DNA from: Paragordius varius
Lineage: Eukaryota; Animalia; Nematomorpha
Length of the DNA stretch: 64,000 bases
Direction of reading: 5' to 3'
Assembly (NCBI GenBank): GCA_964247055.1
Contig: OZ176050.1
Coordinates: 3,162,001-3,226,000 of the forward strand
Positions 51,201 through 64,000 of the stretch are shown here, piece after piece. The translations under genes and the position numbers were made by a program. Each line of letters opens with the position of its first letter. Within the stretch, counting starts at the first letter, position 1. The notes beneath the pieces are model-generated. The model ran no database searches and was not told where the DNA came from. It saw only the letters and a program-made list of their open reading frames with translations.

Positions 51201-52941
51201 AAACAAAAAAATTGATTTTTTTAATATATAAAATTATTATAATTTATAGTATTTTACGCTCAATGCCGAATTTATAATATCGGCATCATATTCAGCTGCC
51301 GGGGTCATAAGGGTAGTCAAAAATTGCTTGACTTTGCGATTCGTGTCTCCTTGCAGATCTTTCACTAAGTTCTAAAAAATAATATAATAAAACGTAACAT
51401 TTTGCATGGTTTAATTACATTTATTATATAGATTTGATAAATTCATTTTAGTAAATTGAGTTTTCTATATTTTTTATCCATTATGATTATGAATGTTTGT
51501 TATGCGATATATGAAAGAAACCCTATTGTAATCAACAAAATCGGTACAAGTAAGCCATATTATTGTTCGAACCCTTTTTAAGGATTTTTTTTATCATATA
51601 TTCATTTTTAACAAAACATTTGTCCTAATGATCTTTAATTGCCAAAATTTACACATTTTTGTTTTAATGGATAGGAGTGTAACCTTAATATTCGCGCACT
51701 AGTGGGAAATATGGGATGCAACAGTTGTTCAAACAGTTGCAATTAAACGTAAATGCACGTGAAACGTAATTTCCAATTTTCGACTTAATAAATTAACTTG
51801 GGTTAAAATAATATTGAGGTGACAATTATTTATTAAGCATATAAAAAGGCTAGTGTATATATTTATGGTATCGGTTAAGTAAATAAAAAAAATATATTGA
51901 TGTTTTTTATGGCTGCTATTATGCGATTAAAAAAAGTTGTTTGACACAAGCAGGATATTGGTCGAAATTATGTTTTTTTAAATAAATACCAAAAATAAAC
52001 ACAAAATAAATTGTAAAAACTTCAAAATATAAAATATGAAAACCCGGTTAAATAGCTTTTGATAGGCTTCTTTTATTTGTTGTCGTTGGTAATTGTTGCG
52101 CCCACCAATGATCTGAAAAACAGTCTTAACATCTGTCCCTTTACAAATTAGCGATTAAAGATAAAAATGTCAATATTAAAACCATATTAATACCATAAAA
52201 TAGTAAATACATATTTTATTAAATTCTAGTGTGATTAAAATACTATGCCTAAGTTGCACCATTTGGTACATAACTTACCTTATTTTTATCAGGGTTTCGA
52301 ACCGGAAATCGGTTCGTGAGAATTCAGCAGGAACCGACCGCATCCATCGGTTGAAACCAACCAGATTTCATTTTTACATTTTTAGGAACCAGTTCGGTTT
52401 CAACCGTCTTGGTACTGCCCCGGTTCCGGTCTACTTTTTAAACCGGTTTGAAGCCCTTATTTTTATTAATTTGGGTTCACAAATATTGTAAATCATATTT
52501 TATATCAGCGTGGTCCAACACAAATATCTTCGGGTAAAATTTTGTTTTTTTCAATTTATTTTGAGCCCAATTTTGGATGATAGACCTTAACAAATTAAAA
52601 AATTTTGATTAGATTCTATAATTTTTTTAACATTTTTTAGCTTTGCATGAGCAACCAAAGACAGCAGAAATTTCAATTTTCTATAAAATATAATTTACAA
52701 CTCAAAATGTTTTTTGGTTTGCAAAATTCTATGTAAAAATCAATTACCCACGCCCTTTAAAGCTTTTCTTAGGCCTTCGGCATCTTGGTTAGCATTGAAA
52801 TTTGGATATGGAACTATAGTAGGCTATCTATATATATTTATCTTATACGTTTTTGTCATATGGGGGTGGTGACTGCAGAATATATTTTCTAACGAGTAGG
52901 GAGAATGTAATGATTATCAAATATTTTGCAAATATCGTCAT
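48296..52941 (-). CDS. Annexin (paralog 2), 11 exons, 354 aa, with hydrophobic N-terminal leader
   Basis: Exons 52941-52849, 52823-52748, 52138-52044, 51371-51258, 51104-51008, 50927-50848, 50813-50757, 50169-49977, 49907-49849, 48606-48484, 48373-48296. Five internal exons have the same sizes as in paralog 1 (95, 114, 80, 57, 193 nt). Motifs [62 protein letters not shown]. Confidence 0.92.
49500..49720. repeat. Foldback-like minisatellite in annexin 2 intron 9
   Basis: AAACGCAACA(C/T)TT units on the left and AAATGTTGCGTTTGG units on the right, in inverted orientation. Confidence 0.6.
50305..50570. mobile_element. hAT-type MITE in annexin 2 intron 7
   Basis: CAGGGGTATCCAA...TGGACACCTCGG termini, GCGGCC(C) subterminal motifs, flanks GTTTATAT / GTTTATAC (7/8 TSD). 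Confidence 0.8.
52290..52458. mobile_element. GAACCGG-rich MITE with 8-bp TSD (hAT-like) in annexin 2 intron 2
   Basis: CAGGGTTTCGAACCGG...CCGGTTTGAAGCCCTT flanked by ATTTTTAT on both sides. Confidence 0.75.
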
Positions 52942-53917
52942 ATTATCTACATGTATGATAAAATATAAAAATTATTCACCAAAATATTTTTTATTATAAT
53001 AAAAATTAATCTGCGATATGGATTCATTGCCAACCAAATTATGGCAATTTGATTGATTAAGTAAATAAATGTTGTGCACATAAAACATAACCTATAAACA
53101 CCTTTTGCAAGCATGAATTTTAAATCATCCATATTTCACCAAATTATTTTAAATTGTTTGAAGGATTTTGACGACAAAATAAAATCAATTGTAATTTACA
53201 CCAAAAAATTGTTTTGAGAAAACCATTAAGTTAAATTTTATGATATTATCACCTCGAAATTTTCTTAAAATAAACTTGGAAGTATACATATACAATTATA
53301 AATATTTACATTAATAACCATAATAATAAATGGTGGGTCATGAGTAATCGCATCTTAAAGCTTTTTACAGAGTTGCTGGCCCATCTAAAAATAATTGTTT
53401 ATTAAATCATTTCGAATTTTTTAAACTACATTTATTTTATACAATAAAACAATTATTTTTTAAATATGTCGTTTTATTTTCTGAAAAGATCGTGAATGAA
53501 ATACATAACATTAATTCTGACAGAAAAAGAGATATATATATATATATTTTCACAAAAATTTGAATTTTTTAAAAATATGATAACTATTCTGGTTGTTTTT
53601 TTGCAAGTTTTAACCGTATTTAAGCAAAAGTACAAAGAATGACCAAAAATTACAACTTTTAGGCATTAATAAATCTCACATTTTTAGACCGTCGCTCATT
53701 GTAAAAGCAAATGTGCCGAGGCGAGAAAATTTTTAATTATGCTAGGTATAACATGAAATTTACCATTTTTTTGGATAGATGCATACTTTGCTCTTTTCAA
53801 ATACTTATTGGTATTTCGAAATATGGTAAAAAGGTTATCCAAACAGATATATATGTTAAAATTTCTCTAAACTTGTTACAAATTGTCTAACTTTCCAAAA
53901 GAACTGGATTTCTTCAA

Positions 53918-54608
53918 CACTTGGATACAACACATTCATTTCCGTCCGTCAATTCTAATTGGGGTATTTGGATACCCCAGGTCTGTTTAAAATTAAATAA
54001 TTCGAAAAATATGGAATGAATTGAAACCATAGCAAAAGCTTTTACATTTATAACATTAACACTGCTATTTAAATTCGGGTATCTAAATACCCCAGACTAT
54101 AAAATTGAAATTTTTAAAAATCTATTATAAGAAACGGTCCCGATTTAAATTTATCCTTCTATCCTAATAAAAATTATATAAATAAGCCGAAATATCTAAA
54201 CAAAATTTGGTATTGAAAAAACCATATCAAACTACTTCGACGCCATTTTTATTTTACAATATTTTTGCAAATATCGTGTTAATTTGATTTTAAAGCTAAA
54301 ATGAAAGTAATTTTTCATTCAAATTACATCTAACATTGAATGAAACAGAAAAAGTGGTTTATTTTGTTTTATTTTTAAATTTACTAATGCACACATGTCA
54401 TATTGACTTATTTTTTTACCATGTACCTAAAAATAAGTAATATCAAGTATTTTTGGATAAATTTTTTTATATATTTTATATTAATATAAAAAGGCAAATC
54501 TTTGCCATATCTTCAATCCATTCCATAATTTTTAATTATTTAATTTTAAACAGGCTTGGTGTATCAAACTACATGCAAAGGACTGATATGAATGTGTTGT
54601 ATCAAGTG
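53918..54608. mobile_element. piggyBac-like MITE
   Basis: TCAA|CACTTGGATACAACACATTCAT...ATGAATGTGTTGTATCAAGTG|TTAA; long TIRs with GGGGTA..GGATACCCC motifs; homologous to 63381-63959. An inverted partial copy of its interior follows at ~54660-54910. Confidence 0.75.
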
Positions 54609-54997
54609 TTAAGAACCGAAATATATAAAAATAATTATTCAAAATACTTGATATATTAATTTTTGGGTAAAACATCAAGGTAAGAAGATCTCAACATAAC
54701 ATGTATGCATTACAAAATACAAAAGAAACCACTTTTTCTGTTTCTATCAATGTTAGATGTGAGAATAAAAAATTAGCTTTTATTTTAGCCTTAAAATCAA
54801 ATAAACAAGATATTTTGCAAAAATGTTGTAAAATAAAAATGGGATCGAAGTAGTTTGATATGAAGATATTTTTTCAAAACCAAATTATATTTAGATTTTC
54901 TGCTTATCAGACGATTAATTGTGGAATATGAAAAATTTTATCATATTCATTTATCGAAATTATAATTTTAACATCTGAAACTCTTTTTACCTTCAAT

Positions 54998-55661
54998 ATG
55001 ATCGTTGCAAAAATTGCCTTAGCAATTTTCATTGTATGTCAAATTAAAACAATTCACTCTATAGACGGCAATCGGAAATGTTATGCTTGTGGAACAGTTC
55101 TCACTAATGAAATCTCATCTCAAGCAGCCGTCCTAAGTTGTCCTGAACCCTTTGACAATAATGCTCCTAAGCAACAATCTTCTTGCGTAGGACGATGCAA
55201 AGTAATTTTTCTATACCTAATTTCGTTTTAATCAACATACTATAAAATTGGTTTTATTTTTTGAGAATATCTTGTTAATTCCTTATATTTTGCATCTAGC
55301 CATACGTATTATATTTTGTATATTTTTATTAGAAAACTATTTATAAACGAGGAGATCAAACAATTACTGCCAGAAGTTGTAGTCCTGTATGTTATCCTGA
55401 GGACACCCCTGGTAATATATCTTATTTTGTGTTTTAACATTTTTATCTACTAATTTGTAGTGTAAACTTGTTTATATTAATGGCTATTCAAGGTTAATTT
55501 TCTAATATATATATAGAATTTAACATCATGCTTCCAATTTTTTAGATGTGAAAACATTCTGTTGTGAATCGGATCTTTGTAACGGTGTTCCCAAACTGCA
55601 CGGAACTGTCATTATATTTGCGGTTGCTTTTGTATTTTCAGCCATTTCCTTCTTATTGTAG
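54998..55661 (+). CDS. Ly6/uPAR three-finger (LU domain) protein, GPI-anchored type, 3 exons
   Basis: Exons 54998-55201, 55333-55411, 55546-55661. Signal peptide MIVAKIALAIFIVCQIKTIHS, CYAC start, 10 Cys, CCESDLCN terminal motif, hydrophobic C-terminal tail. Confidence 0.9.
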
Positions 55662-58600
55662 ACCCTAGATGATAGAATTCCTATTTGCAATTAAATACAA
55701 CCTATCATTCATTATCTCTAAAGTAATTTTCCATCCATATTACATTATTTTTATTAAAATATTTATAATATCCTTATTATATTTATAATTATTATATAAC
55801 CATTTTTTACCTGCAATCATGACTCGGCATTAAACCTGATTATTACCTTGTACTAAAAAATATTTATTAGACGTATAATAATTAATATAAAAAAATCAAC
55901 ACAAAGCTTTTTATCTATCATTATCTCCTTCTATCATTATTAAATTTCCCATTTTATGCTGTGCAATTCTTATCATCAATATATAGTTTTACCTGTGCGG
56001 AGCGACGCATTGACTGCATAATATATTATTTTTATATATATATCGTATCTCTCTTTTTTTACAAATCTAAAATTAAAATTTATTATTATTATTATTATTA
56101 AATTGTTAAAAAATGCACATCCCTCCATCACACTCATTATATATTAGTCATTTTACAACAGATATCTTCTAAATAAATTCATATTGTATAGAAATATATC
56201 ATATTTTTGTATAAAGTTATAATCATGTGTTAATTCAATTATTAATTTTTGAAAAAAATATTTGTTTTCCAATATTTACCAATATAAAGGATAATAAAAA
56301 AATTTTTAGTTAAATTATGAAAAAAATGTGTATTGTAGTTTGTATTCATAAATTGATTGATTTCTCACACACTTTGAAGCCAATAACATATATATGTTTT
56401 ATTTTTTATCACAATTATTACTATTGTATTATTACATCTATTTTCGTGATAACTAACTCTTCTCTTAGTTATAAGTGCATAAAGAATATATTGTTCATAG
56501 ATGGTAACACCCCATCTTTTGGGGAAATTTAATAGCCCAGAAGGAATCCTTATTTAAATATCCTAAAAATTATTAAAGATATGAGGCCAAATTTAAAAAT
56601 TTTCTGTTTTCAACTTTTTAAGCGCATGCTCTAAAAAATCTATAATTGTGTAAAATTCCCGCAACTTATTTCCTGTCAATTTTTCTTTCTTTGAATCTCT
56701 TTTTATCGCTAATAAAAACAAGCAAATAAATGTAATCAACGTTTGAAGGCTTTCAGAAGGGCAAATTGATATTTATTAATTTTAGGGTCAGTTGTTTATT
56801 TTAATCGGGCTTTAAAGGTAAGCCAATTTCGGACTCTAAATATTGGAAAACAGATAAAATTATAAAACTCTTAATCAAATACAGGCGAACAATGTTTGAT
56901 AATATATTTAAGCCAAAGCAACTTTCAAAACAATAGCTTATTTACATGTTTCTCTGGGGTATAAAATTACCTTATTAATCGTCTACAAATAAAAAAGGCA
57001 ATCAAGCGTCAACCCAAATTAAGTATCCTTATTTTTGCCTGTTTATATATCGGTCAAGATTAATTTAAAAAAACCTATTAGATAACATTTTATCAAATAA
57101 TTTTCAAGTATCAGGTCCTATCTTTTAAAATGCACAAACCAGCATTGTAAAAAACTCCTCCATAAAAAACCTTGTTTGAAGGTTTAGAAATAGATTTAAA
57201 TTTTGGAAAACTATCTCTCAGATCTATAAGCTTACGAAATATTACTATTTTTAGCTAGAGCTGTTTAAAAAAGGGTTCAAGTTTGTCGGTTTAAAACACT
57301 AAGGTAACAATTACACATTTGAAACGACTATTTTTGTGTTTTAATATTGTAACCGCGAAATTCACTCCCAAATAACTTGCAGAAGATAGGACTAAATTCG
57401 ATTTCGGTTTTACCCATATATTGCAATTTCCTACACGATTTGCCGCTAAAAGTTTTTCTTTTTTGTTAAAAGAAAACCCTAATACCCAAATTCACTTTAT
57501 TAAAATTGAATAAAGTTTTTTTTGGCTTTGCTATTTAAGTGTAACATGGAAAAAGAATAATTTTATATCCTTTAGTTCTCATGACCTATGAGATAGGGAT
57601 ATCTATCTAGTCCCCTTATAATTTCTTGTTTTAGGAGTTTATATGTCTGATTAATATACGTTTTTTATCGGTAAATTAATAACAGTAATGTCCAAACACG
57701 CTTTATTTAGTACGCAAAAAGGCTCTAAAAAATGTTAAAAAAATAAAAAGTTCGATTCAATCAAAAATTTACGATTATTAGAAGATATATCATCCACAAT
57801 TGAATTAAAATAAAAAAAACCCAAATATCAAAGCAACCGCAAAAATATGGATACCCCTGGTTTATAGTATGCAGTTTTAGAAGGATGAAGTTAGTATATA
57901 ATACTACAGTAATTTTCAGATAACATTAAAAAAACACAATATATTCAGAGAATTACTGTAATCCTTAGAATGGACTATTTAATTAATTTTTACCCAAATA
58001 CTAAAATATATTGTTATTTTAAACCATCATTATTATGTTTGAAATGTAGTCATAAACAATTGTAAAAAATCATTTCTTAAAAATAACAAAATGTATAGGA
58101 CGATATAATTATTGAAATCCTAACAGATATACTTTCGTTTTTCTATGGTCAAGGTTGTTAGTTTTTGAATATATTAAAAATTATAAGATACATATAATAA
58201 CTAAAAAGGTATATAAAGAATTAATTACACCTTTATCGTATAGTCTTTTAAAATTGTTGATATATTCAAATAAAAGTTTAAAACAAGGACGGATGCACTC
58301 TAAATCTCTAGCTAGTTGTAATTAATACATTATAACTAATTAAATATTTTGTTTTCAAATTCATAAGTTTAATAAAAAGTATTTATGTAAAAAACAGGTC
58401 ACATAACCAATTCCATTGAAAAGGTAATTTTATGATACGTCTTTTTCGTGAGAAGCATACGCTATTGCAGACCACCATAGTCACTAATATAAAAACAATA
58501 TCATATCTTATCACATACCTATTGTATTTTATCTTATTTTAAAGTGAGAATGGAGAAAAAAAATAATATTATAATAATGATGTTGGCAATTAAAATGCGC

Positions 58601-58729
58601 ACATTCAAATAATTATGCACACGCATGTATATCACCTATTTGACTTATATTATTTCAAATGTAAACTAGATTATCTGAGCGCTATGCCAAAAATCTTTTA
58701 TAGATTAATTTTCCCAAATAAATAGCCAC

Positions 58730-61700
58730 ATGAGGTGTGCATTCCATAAAATTTTGGGTGGAGATGGAAAACCCATTCCGCAATTTAGCTTACAGAGTTT
58801 ACGGGTTGCCCGTGTACTGATATTTGGGGCTTTGTTCGTGTCATGCTTTTATTTGGGTTTAAATTTTGGATTTTGGTATTGGATGCATTGGAAAATGTTG
58901 TCATCACACAATTTCCCAAATGGTAAGCTATCATCGATGTCGTCAATGAACTATTTAACGCTTACAGCCAGAATGACGGCCCCTTTAAGAAGTCAATCAA
59001 AAGTGGGTCTGCAACCATTCCAAAATATATTTAGTCCTCCCAACATTCTCCTTGGTATCATGACAAATCAACTAAATATTCGGGAGCGCGCTGTACCCAT
59101 TTTAGAAACGTGGGGAAAATCATGTCAAATGTCATCCCCGAAAGGTTTGCAACAATATCACAATACCCAAAACATTGCTTTAAAATTCTTTGCAGAATCC
59201 TCCTATGATCCGTCCCAACAATTTTGTCTTCATGATTCGACCATTTTGGCAAATCAACCTCATAACTATTTGCCCCTTTTAACTCCATCCGAGGTGTTTA
59301 ACCGTTTGACTATGCGTATATTATCTTTGGGTTTATTGATTCCAGGATCCCCTAGAAAATCAGAAATGCATCCCACACATATTGAATCCAGTAACTGTAC
59401 ACACCATGCAAAACGTGAATGTTTCATCCCATTAGCTAAAATCACACAAATCGTAGAATATCCACCTATGCGCAAAGCATTTTACATGTTTGAACACATG
59501 TATCAAACATACATTAACACCACGAATCCAAAGTATGAACCGAATGCCTTCCAATGGTTCATACGAGTTGATGATGATGCGTATGTGAATGTTCCCAAGT
59601 TAACACGTCTTTTGGGTCGATTAGATGGACGAAATCTATACTACTTGGGTCAGACTGGAATGGGTCGGCAAACGGATAATTTGACGCGAAGTTTTTACCG
59701 AAATTCTCGGGTTAGGAAAGAGCCCAAAAATTTTTGCATGGGAGGAACGGGTATTATTATGAGCCGTCCTGTATTGGCTCTCATGGGACCACATATAGCT
59801 AAATGTTTAATGGAAACTGTCACACCCCATGATGATGTTGAAATTGGTCGGTGCATATATCATTATGCCAAAAACGTGGAATGTATATGGACCTATGAGG
59901 TAGATTTTTACAAATATACAGTCAAAATTTAATCAAATTAGTTTGTTGTATTTAGTATAAATAATCATATAAACTATAATTTTCAAAGTTTTTGCCTTCA
60001 AAGTATTTATAAAACATTTAACAATATTCACCTTTATGAATGAATGTAGTTGATCCTTGTATTTTTAAAAATTAACACTATTAAGATTATAAAGCCTATT
60101 TTAATCCGCTCAATTACTATTTATACAAAATAATGTTATGGAACAAGTACACCAATTAATTCACGGAAAATAACGAATTTATAATTGATAGGTGGTGTAA
60201 AACTATAAAACCTATATATTTTTAACAAATTATGTCTTTTAAATTTTAACAAACCTATTTATTAATTCAGGGGTGTCCAAAATGCGGCCCACTGAGACTG
60301 CATGTGCCAATTGCGAATAAAAGAAATCCATAATTTTCCAAAATAAGCTGGTTAAATAGATTCAAATAAGTTTACCCGATAAAAAAAGTGAAAATTATTG
60401 CTATATTGGCTCTCGTTTTACAGTCCTATGTTTGAAATTTAATAAATTTATAAATGCCCATTATAATTCATATGCGGCCCGCCGTATTTTTTCGTTTAAA
60501 ATACGGCCTGCGAAGTCTTTTGTGTTGGACACTCTTGCATTAATGTATAAGATAATGAACTGCATTTTCAAATATATTAAAATAGACCCTATCAATCTTT
60601 TTCAACAAGTACAAACCAACAATGAATCCAGATCTAAATAGGGCCATTATCATACATCCATTTAAAGAACCTACCAAAGTTTACGAAATGCACAAATCAA
60701 TTTTAATACATCAATTAAACTTTATACGGGCCGCTTGGGTTAGGTTATCTACTATCGTCAAGAGTTACAAGAGCCAAAAAAGCGGACAAAATGAGTTAGT
60801 TCACCCTGTTAGGAAACCAAATATTCCAATCTTTTCGAGTATCAGTAAATTAGGACAGGTGTTACATTCACCTTCGGTGCATAACCCACACATTTTTATT
60901 CCTTACTTTTTAAAAGCCTTTTATCAGGATAAAATACAGGTGTCTAAAACAGCGGATCCTGCGTACGCCAAAAAAATGTATCAAACATTTGGGGGAAGCG
61001 AAAGGTCCCTTATTCAGTTACAATGGCAACCGATAGAAACTAAACCTTTTGATATCTTTATACATCATTTTCACGGTAAGGCGATAAAATCCTTCGTAAC
61101 AGGTCAGAGTCAAAATAGTTATTACACGACTAAATTAACTTACAATTTTGATTCAAGCTATTTCCGTGAAATGCCTGAGCATGAGTTTCGTTCGAAAACT
61201 AAATCCGAAGGTTATAAGAAAAAAATTATAAATATAATTGTACCTTTTAGTAAACGTTATGATACTCTTAAACGATTTCTAAACTTTTATGAGCAAATAT
61301 GTTTGAAAAAGGACAGTGATCCCAATCATAAAACTAACATAGAAACAACCCTATCTATCATTGGATTTGTCAGTAACAAAAAGTTTGAAACATTACCAAA
61401 CAACACAAAGCACAAAACCTTACTAAAGAAGATTGAAAGATTGAACAAACATTATTCCAGACCTAAAAGAGAGCTTAAAACAAAACACACAAACAATAAC
61501 ATGATGCAAGAGGTAAACGAAATTGTAAAATTTTATTTGATTCGTGGGCAATTTTCTCGAGCCTTGGCTTTAGAGTATGGTGCTTCTCTGCTTAGTGGGG
61601 ATAGACTTTTACTTTTCCTGGATGTTGATATGTGGTTCAATCGAGAATTTCTACGTCGTTTACATTTTCTGGTTCATCGCAATAGGAGCGTCTACTTTCC

Positions 61701-62232
61701 CATAGTTTTTAGTCAATATAAAACGGATGAATATCGTACAATTTCATTGAATAATCTAAATTCAACATTAAAATCCCCTTACCCCTTGCCCCTTATAAAT
61801 GGTAGTTCTTGGCGATATCAACACAACGCCCTTAAATTCACCAATTATTTCTCAGACGGGTTTTGGAACATATACGGGTACGGTATGGTAGCCATGTATA
61901 AATCCGATTTTATTAAAACTGGTGGCTTCAATATGGATATCCGTGGTTGGGGCAAAGAGGATGTGGATCTTTTCACCAAAATTATAACACATACTAATTT
62001 AACGATCTATCGCGCTCCTGAACCCGGTCTAATTCATTTGTATCACAAACGCGGTTGCTCAACTAATCTGCCAAACGCTCAATATAAAATGTGCTTGGAT
62101 TCGATGTCTTCTTACGAAGCCAATCACCGTAGTCTAGCAGCTTCCGTTCTTAATATATTAAGCAAAGAGCCGACAACTATTGTACACAAGATGTACGTAT
62201 CCAAAGATAAGAATAGTATCTCCACATCCTAA
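58730..62232 (+). CDS. CHSY1: Chondroitin sulfate synthase (CHSY1/3-like; GT31-like plus GT7-like domains), 2 exons, 938 aa
   Basis: Exons 58730-59899 and 60586-62232 (phase 0, CIWTYE|TLSIFF). TM near the N-terminus; YPPMRKAFYM, WFIRVDDDAYV, YLGQTG, FCMGGTG, HDDVEIGRC, AIIIHPFK, INIIVP, FSRALAL, FLDVDM, YFPIVFSQY, GWGKEDVDLF, LIHLYH. Confidence 0.93.
60268..60537. mobile_element. hAT-type MITE in the CHSY intron (same family as 50305)
   Basis: CAGGGGTGTCCAA...TTGGACACTCTTG; flanks TATTAATT / CATTAATG (6/8). Confidence 0.8.
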
Positions 62233-63380
62233 ATTACTCGTGTATCAGTCAACTACAAAATTTCTATATTTCTTTAATTATTCTTTTCATAAATTTTTCA
62301 TTATATGTGATAAATAGTTAAAATAAATGAATTGTTAATATCATAACAATTTTTTACAGTAACGACAGGGCTACTATATATGAAGCGGTTATACATGTCG
62401 GGTTGTACAGGTTTGGTTATTTTGTGTAAGGATTATGATAATACTTTTTGTTAACTTGTTCTATAATAAATATATTTAATATTTATGTAAAGATGTTAGA
62501 AAGCAATTTTCAAGAAATTATTGATCTAATTAATAAAATAGTTAGTATCTTTAAAGCCATTTTCCGGACAACGTGAAGTGGGTATCTAAATTCAGTAATA
62601 GCCAATCGTATATCTTTTTTAATGTGTCGATTGTTGTTTAGTCATTTATTAAACTAGCTTTTGTGTTTAGTGCCCCTTTGTATTAGCGATTTTGCATAAG
62701 GCTTCGAACATATGAGACCATATTAATCCAATCCCGATGGTTAGGGTTACTCTTATAAAGGCAAACATTATAATCAAGCGCCTTTTTAGTTCAGATTCTC
62801 CACGAGGGTCGAAAGCTTTTTATAATTATCAGCCGCGGGTAGCGATATTAATTTAAAAATGTCTTTGCTTAAAATAATGATTTTAAGGAGTACATAAAGA
62901 AAGATCTAAACATTTGAATTTGATATAAAAGTTCTCTGATTGATATAGGTTATTAAAATAAAATACCAATTCAATAATAGCTATAAATTAGAAAAATCAT
63001 TGTATACAGCGGTGTTAATCACCAAAAAAAGATTTAAAGGGCTAAAAAATATTTTTCTCATCTTAAAGGCCATAATATCGATCAAAATTTTAAGTTGTTG
63101 TGACACATCAGCAAATATTAATATTTCAAATAAGTACACCCAAAAATTAAATATAAATCCAGGGCCATAAAATTTTGAGGGCCGCATGTCACCTGTTGGT
63201 CCAGATTTGAGCATCCCTGGGAGAGTAAATTAAACACTGCCTTTGTGAAGATGAAATATCTTAGTTTATTATATGCTTTATTTACATCAGATTTTATCAT
63301 TTTTAATACTTAAAAAAATATTTTATTATCGATATCGTTTCTATAAACTCCCCGAATATTTTTAAAATTTCCTTGCTTAA

Positions 63381-63959
63381 CACTTCGATTCAAATTGGGG
63401 TATCCAAATACCCCAGACTAAATTTGAGTGAGAATTTTTAAAAAACTACTGATGGAAACGGTCCCAATTTAAATTTATGCTCTTATCGTAATAGATATTA
63501 TATAAATATGCCAAAATATCTATATAAAATTTTGTTTTGACAAAAAAGTTTCATGTCAAACTACTTCGACGCCATTTTTATTTTACAAAAATTTTGAAAA
63601 TATCATCTTCATTTAATTTTAAGGGTAAAACTAAAGCTTATTTTTCATATAAATTACATCTAACATTGATAGAAATAGAAAAAGCGGTTTATTTTCTATT
63701 ATTTTTTAATTTTACAATTTGACACATGTCGTTGACAAAATTTTTACCTTTCAGTTTTAGCTCAAAATAAGTAATATCAAGTATTTTTGAATAAAATTTT
63801 TTATATATTTCGGTTTATTAATGTTATATAAGTGCAAAATTTTGCCATGGTTTCGATTGCTTCCATACTTTGTTAAGTATTTGATTTTAAACAGGCCTGG
63901 GGTATCCAACTACCCCAATTTGAATCGAAGGACTAAAATGAGTGTGTTGTATCTAAGTG
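63381..63959. mobile_element. piggyBac-like MITE with TTAA TSD
   Basis: TTAA|CACTT...AAGTG|TTAA; interior collinear with 53918-54608; the left TIR is internally deleted. Confidence 0.8.
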
Positions 63960-64000
63960 TTAACATCATTTTCGTCATTAACATCTTCAAATGTATAAAT

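Noticed and set aside
52947-53132. ORF MDDLKFMLAKG... as the first exon of annexin 2
   Set aside because: No phase-0 donor compatible with the 52823 acceptor; the adjacent 31-codon leader fits exactly.
1-62232. Functional glycosylation cluster of the GT31 gene and chondroitin synthase
   Set aside because: They are ~57 kb apart with unrelated genes between; no evidence of co-regulation.

Overview
Very AT-rich animal (metazoan) genomic DNA with spliceosomal introns; no prokaryotic features, rRNA, intact tRNA or CRISPR. I built gene models by hand from GT..AG boundaries, exon phase and conserved motifs. They are: a GT31 beta-1,3-galactosyltransferase running off the left edge (absent from the ORF track), a 13-exon makorin with a ~550-aa Asn-rich tail, two paralogous annexins, a MuSK-type receptor tyrosine kinase, a GPI-anchored Ly6/three-finger protein, a chondroitin sulfate synthase and an orphan 8-Cys exon. 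Intergenic and intronic DNA holds many transposable elements: non-autonomous Helitrons, a hAT element with TSDs, hAT-, Tc1- and piggyBac-type MITEs, a Penelope element with hammerhead ribozyme motifs, and two Gypsy derivatives. Main observations: (1) five introns of only 22-26 nt sit in the same genes as introns of 1-3.5 kb; (2) removing such a micro-intron reveals a signal-peptide-like leader exon on both annexins; (3) the MuSK-like kinase has a ~108-aa activation-loop insertion and no Frizzled domain; (4) a Penelope/Helitron nest has a readable insertion order. All gene models are manual predictions without transcript support; the species cannot be determined from the window.
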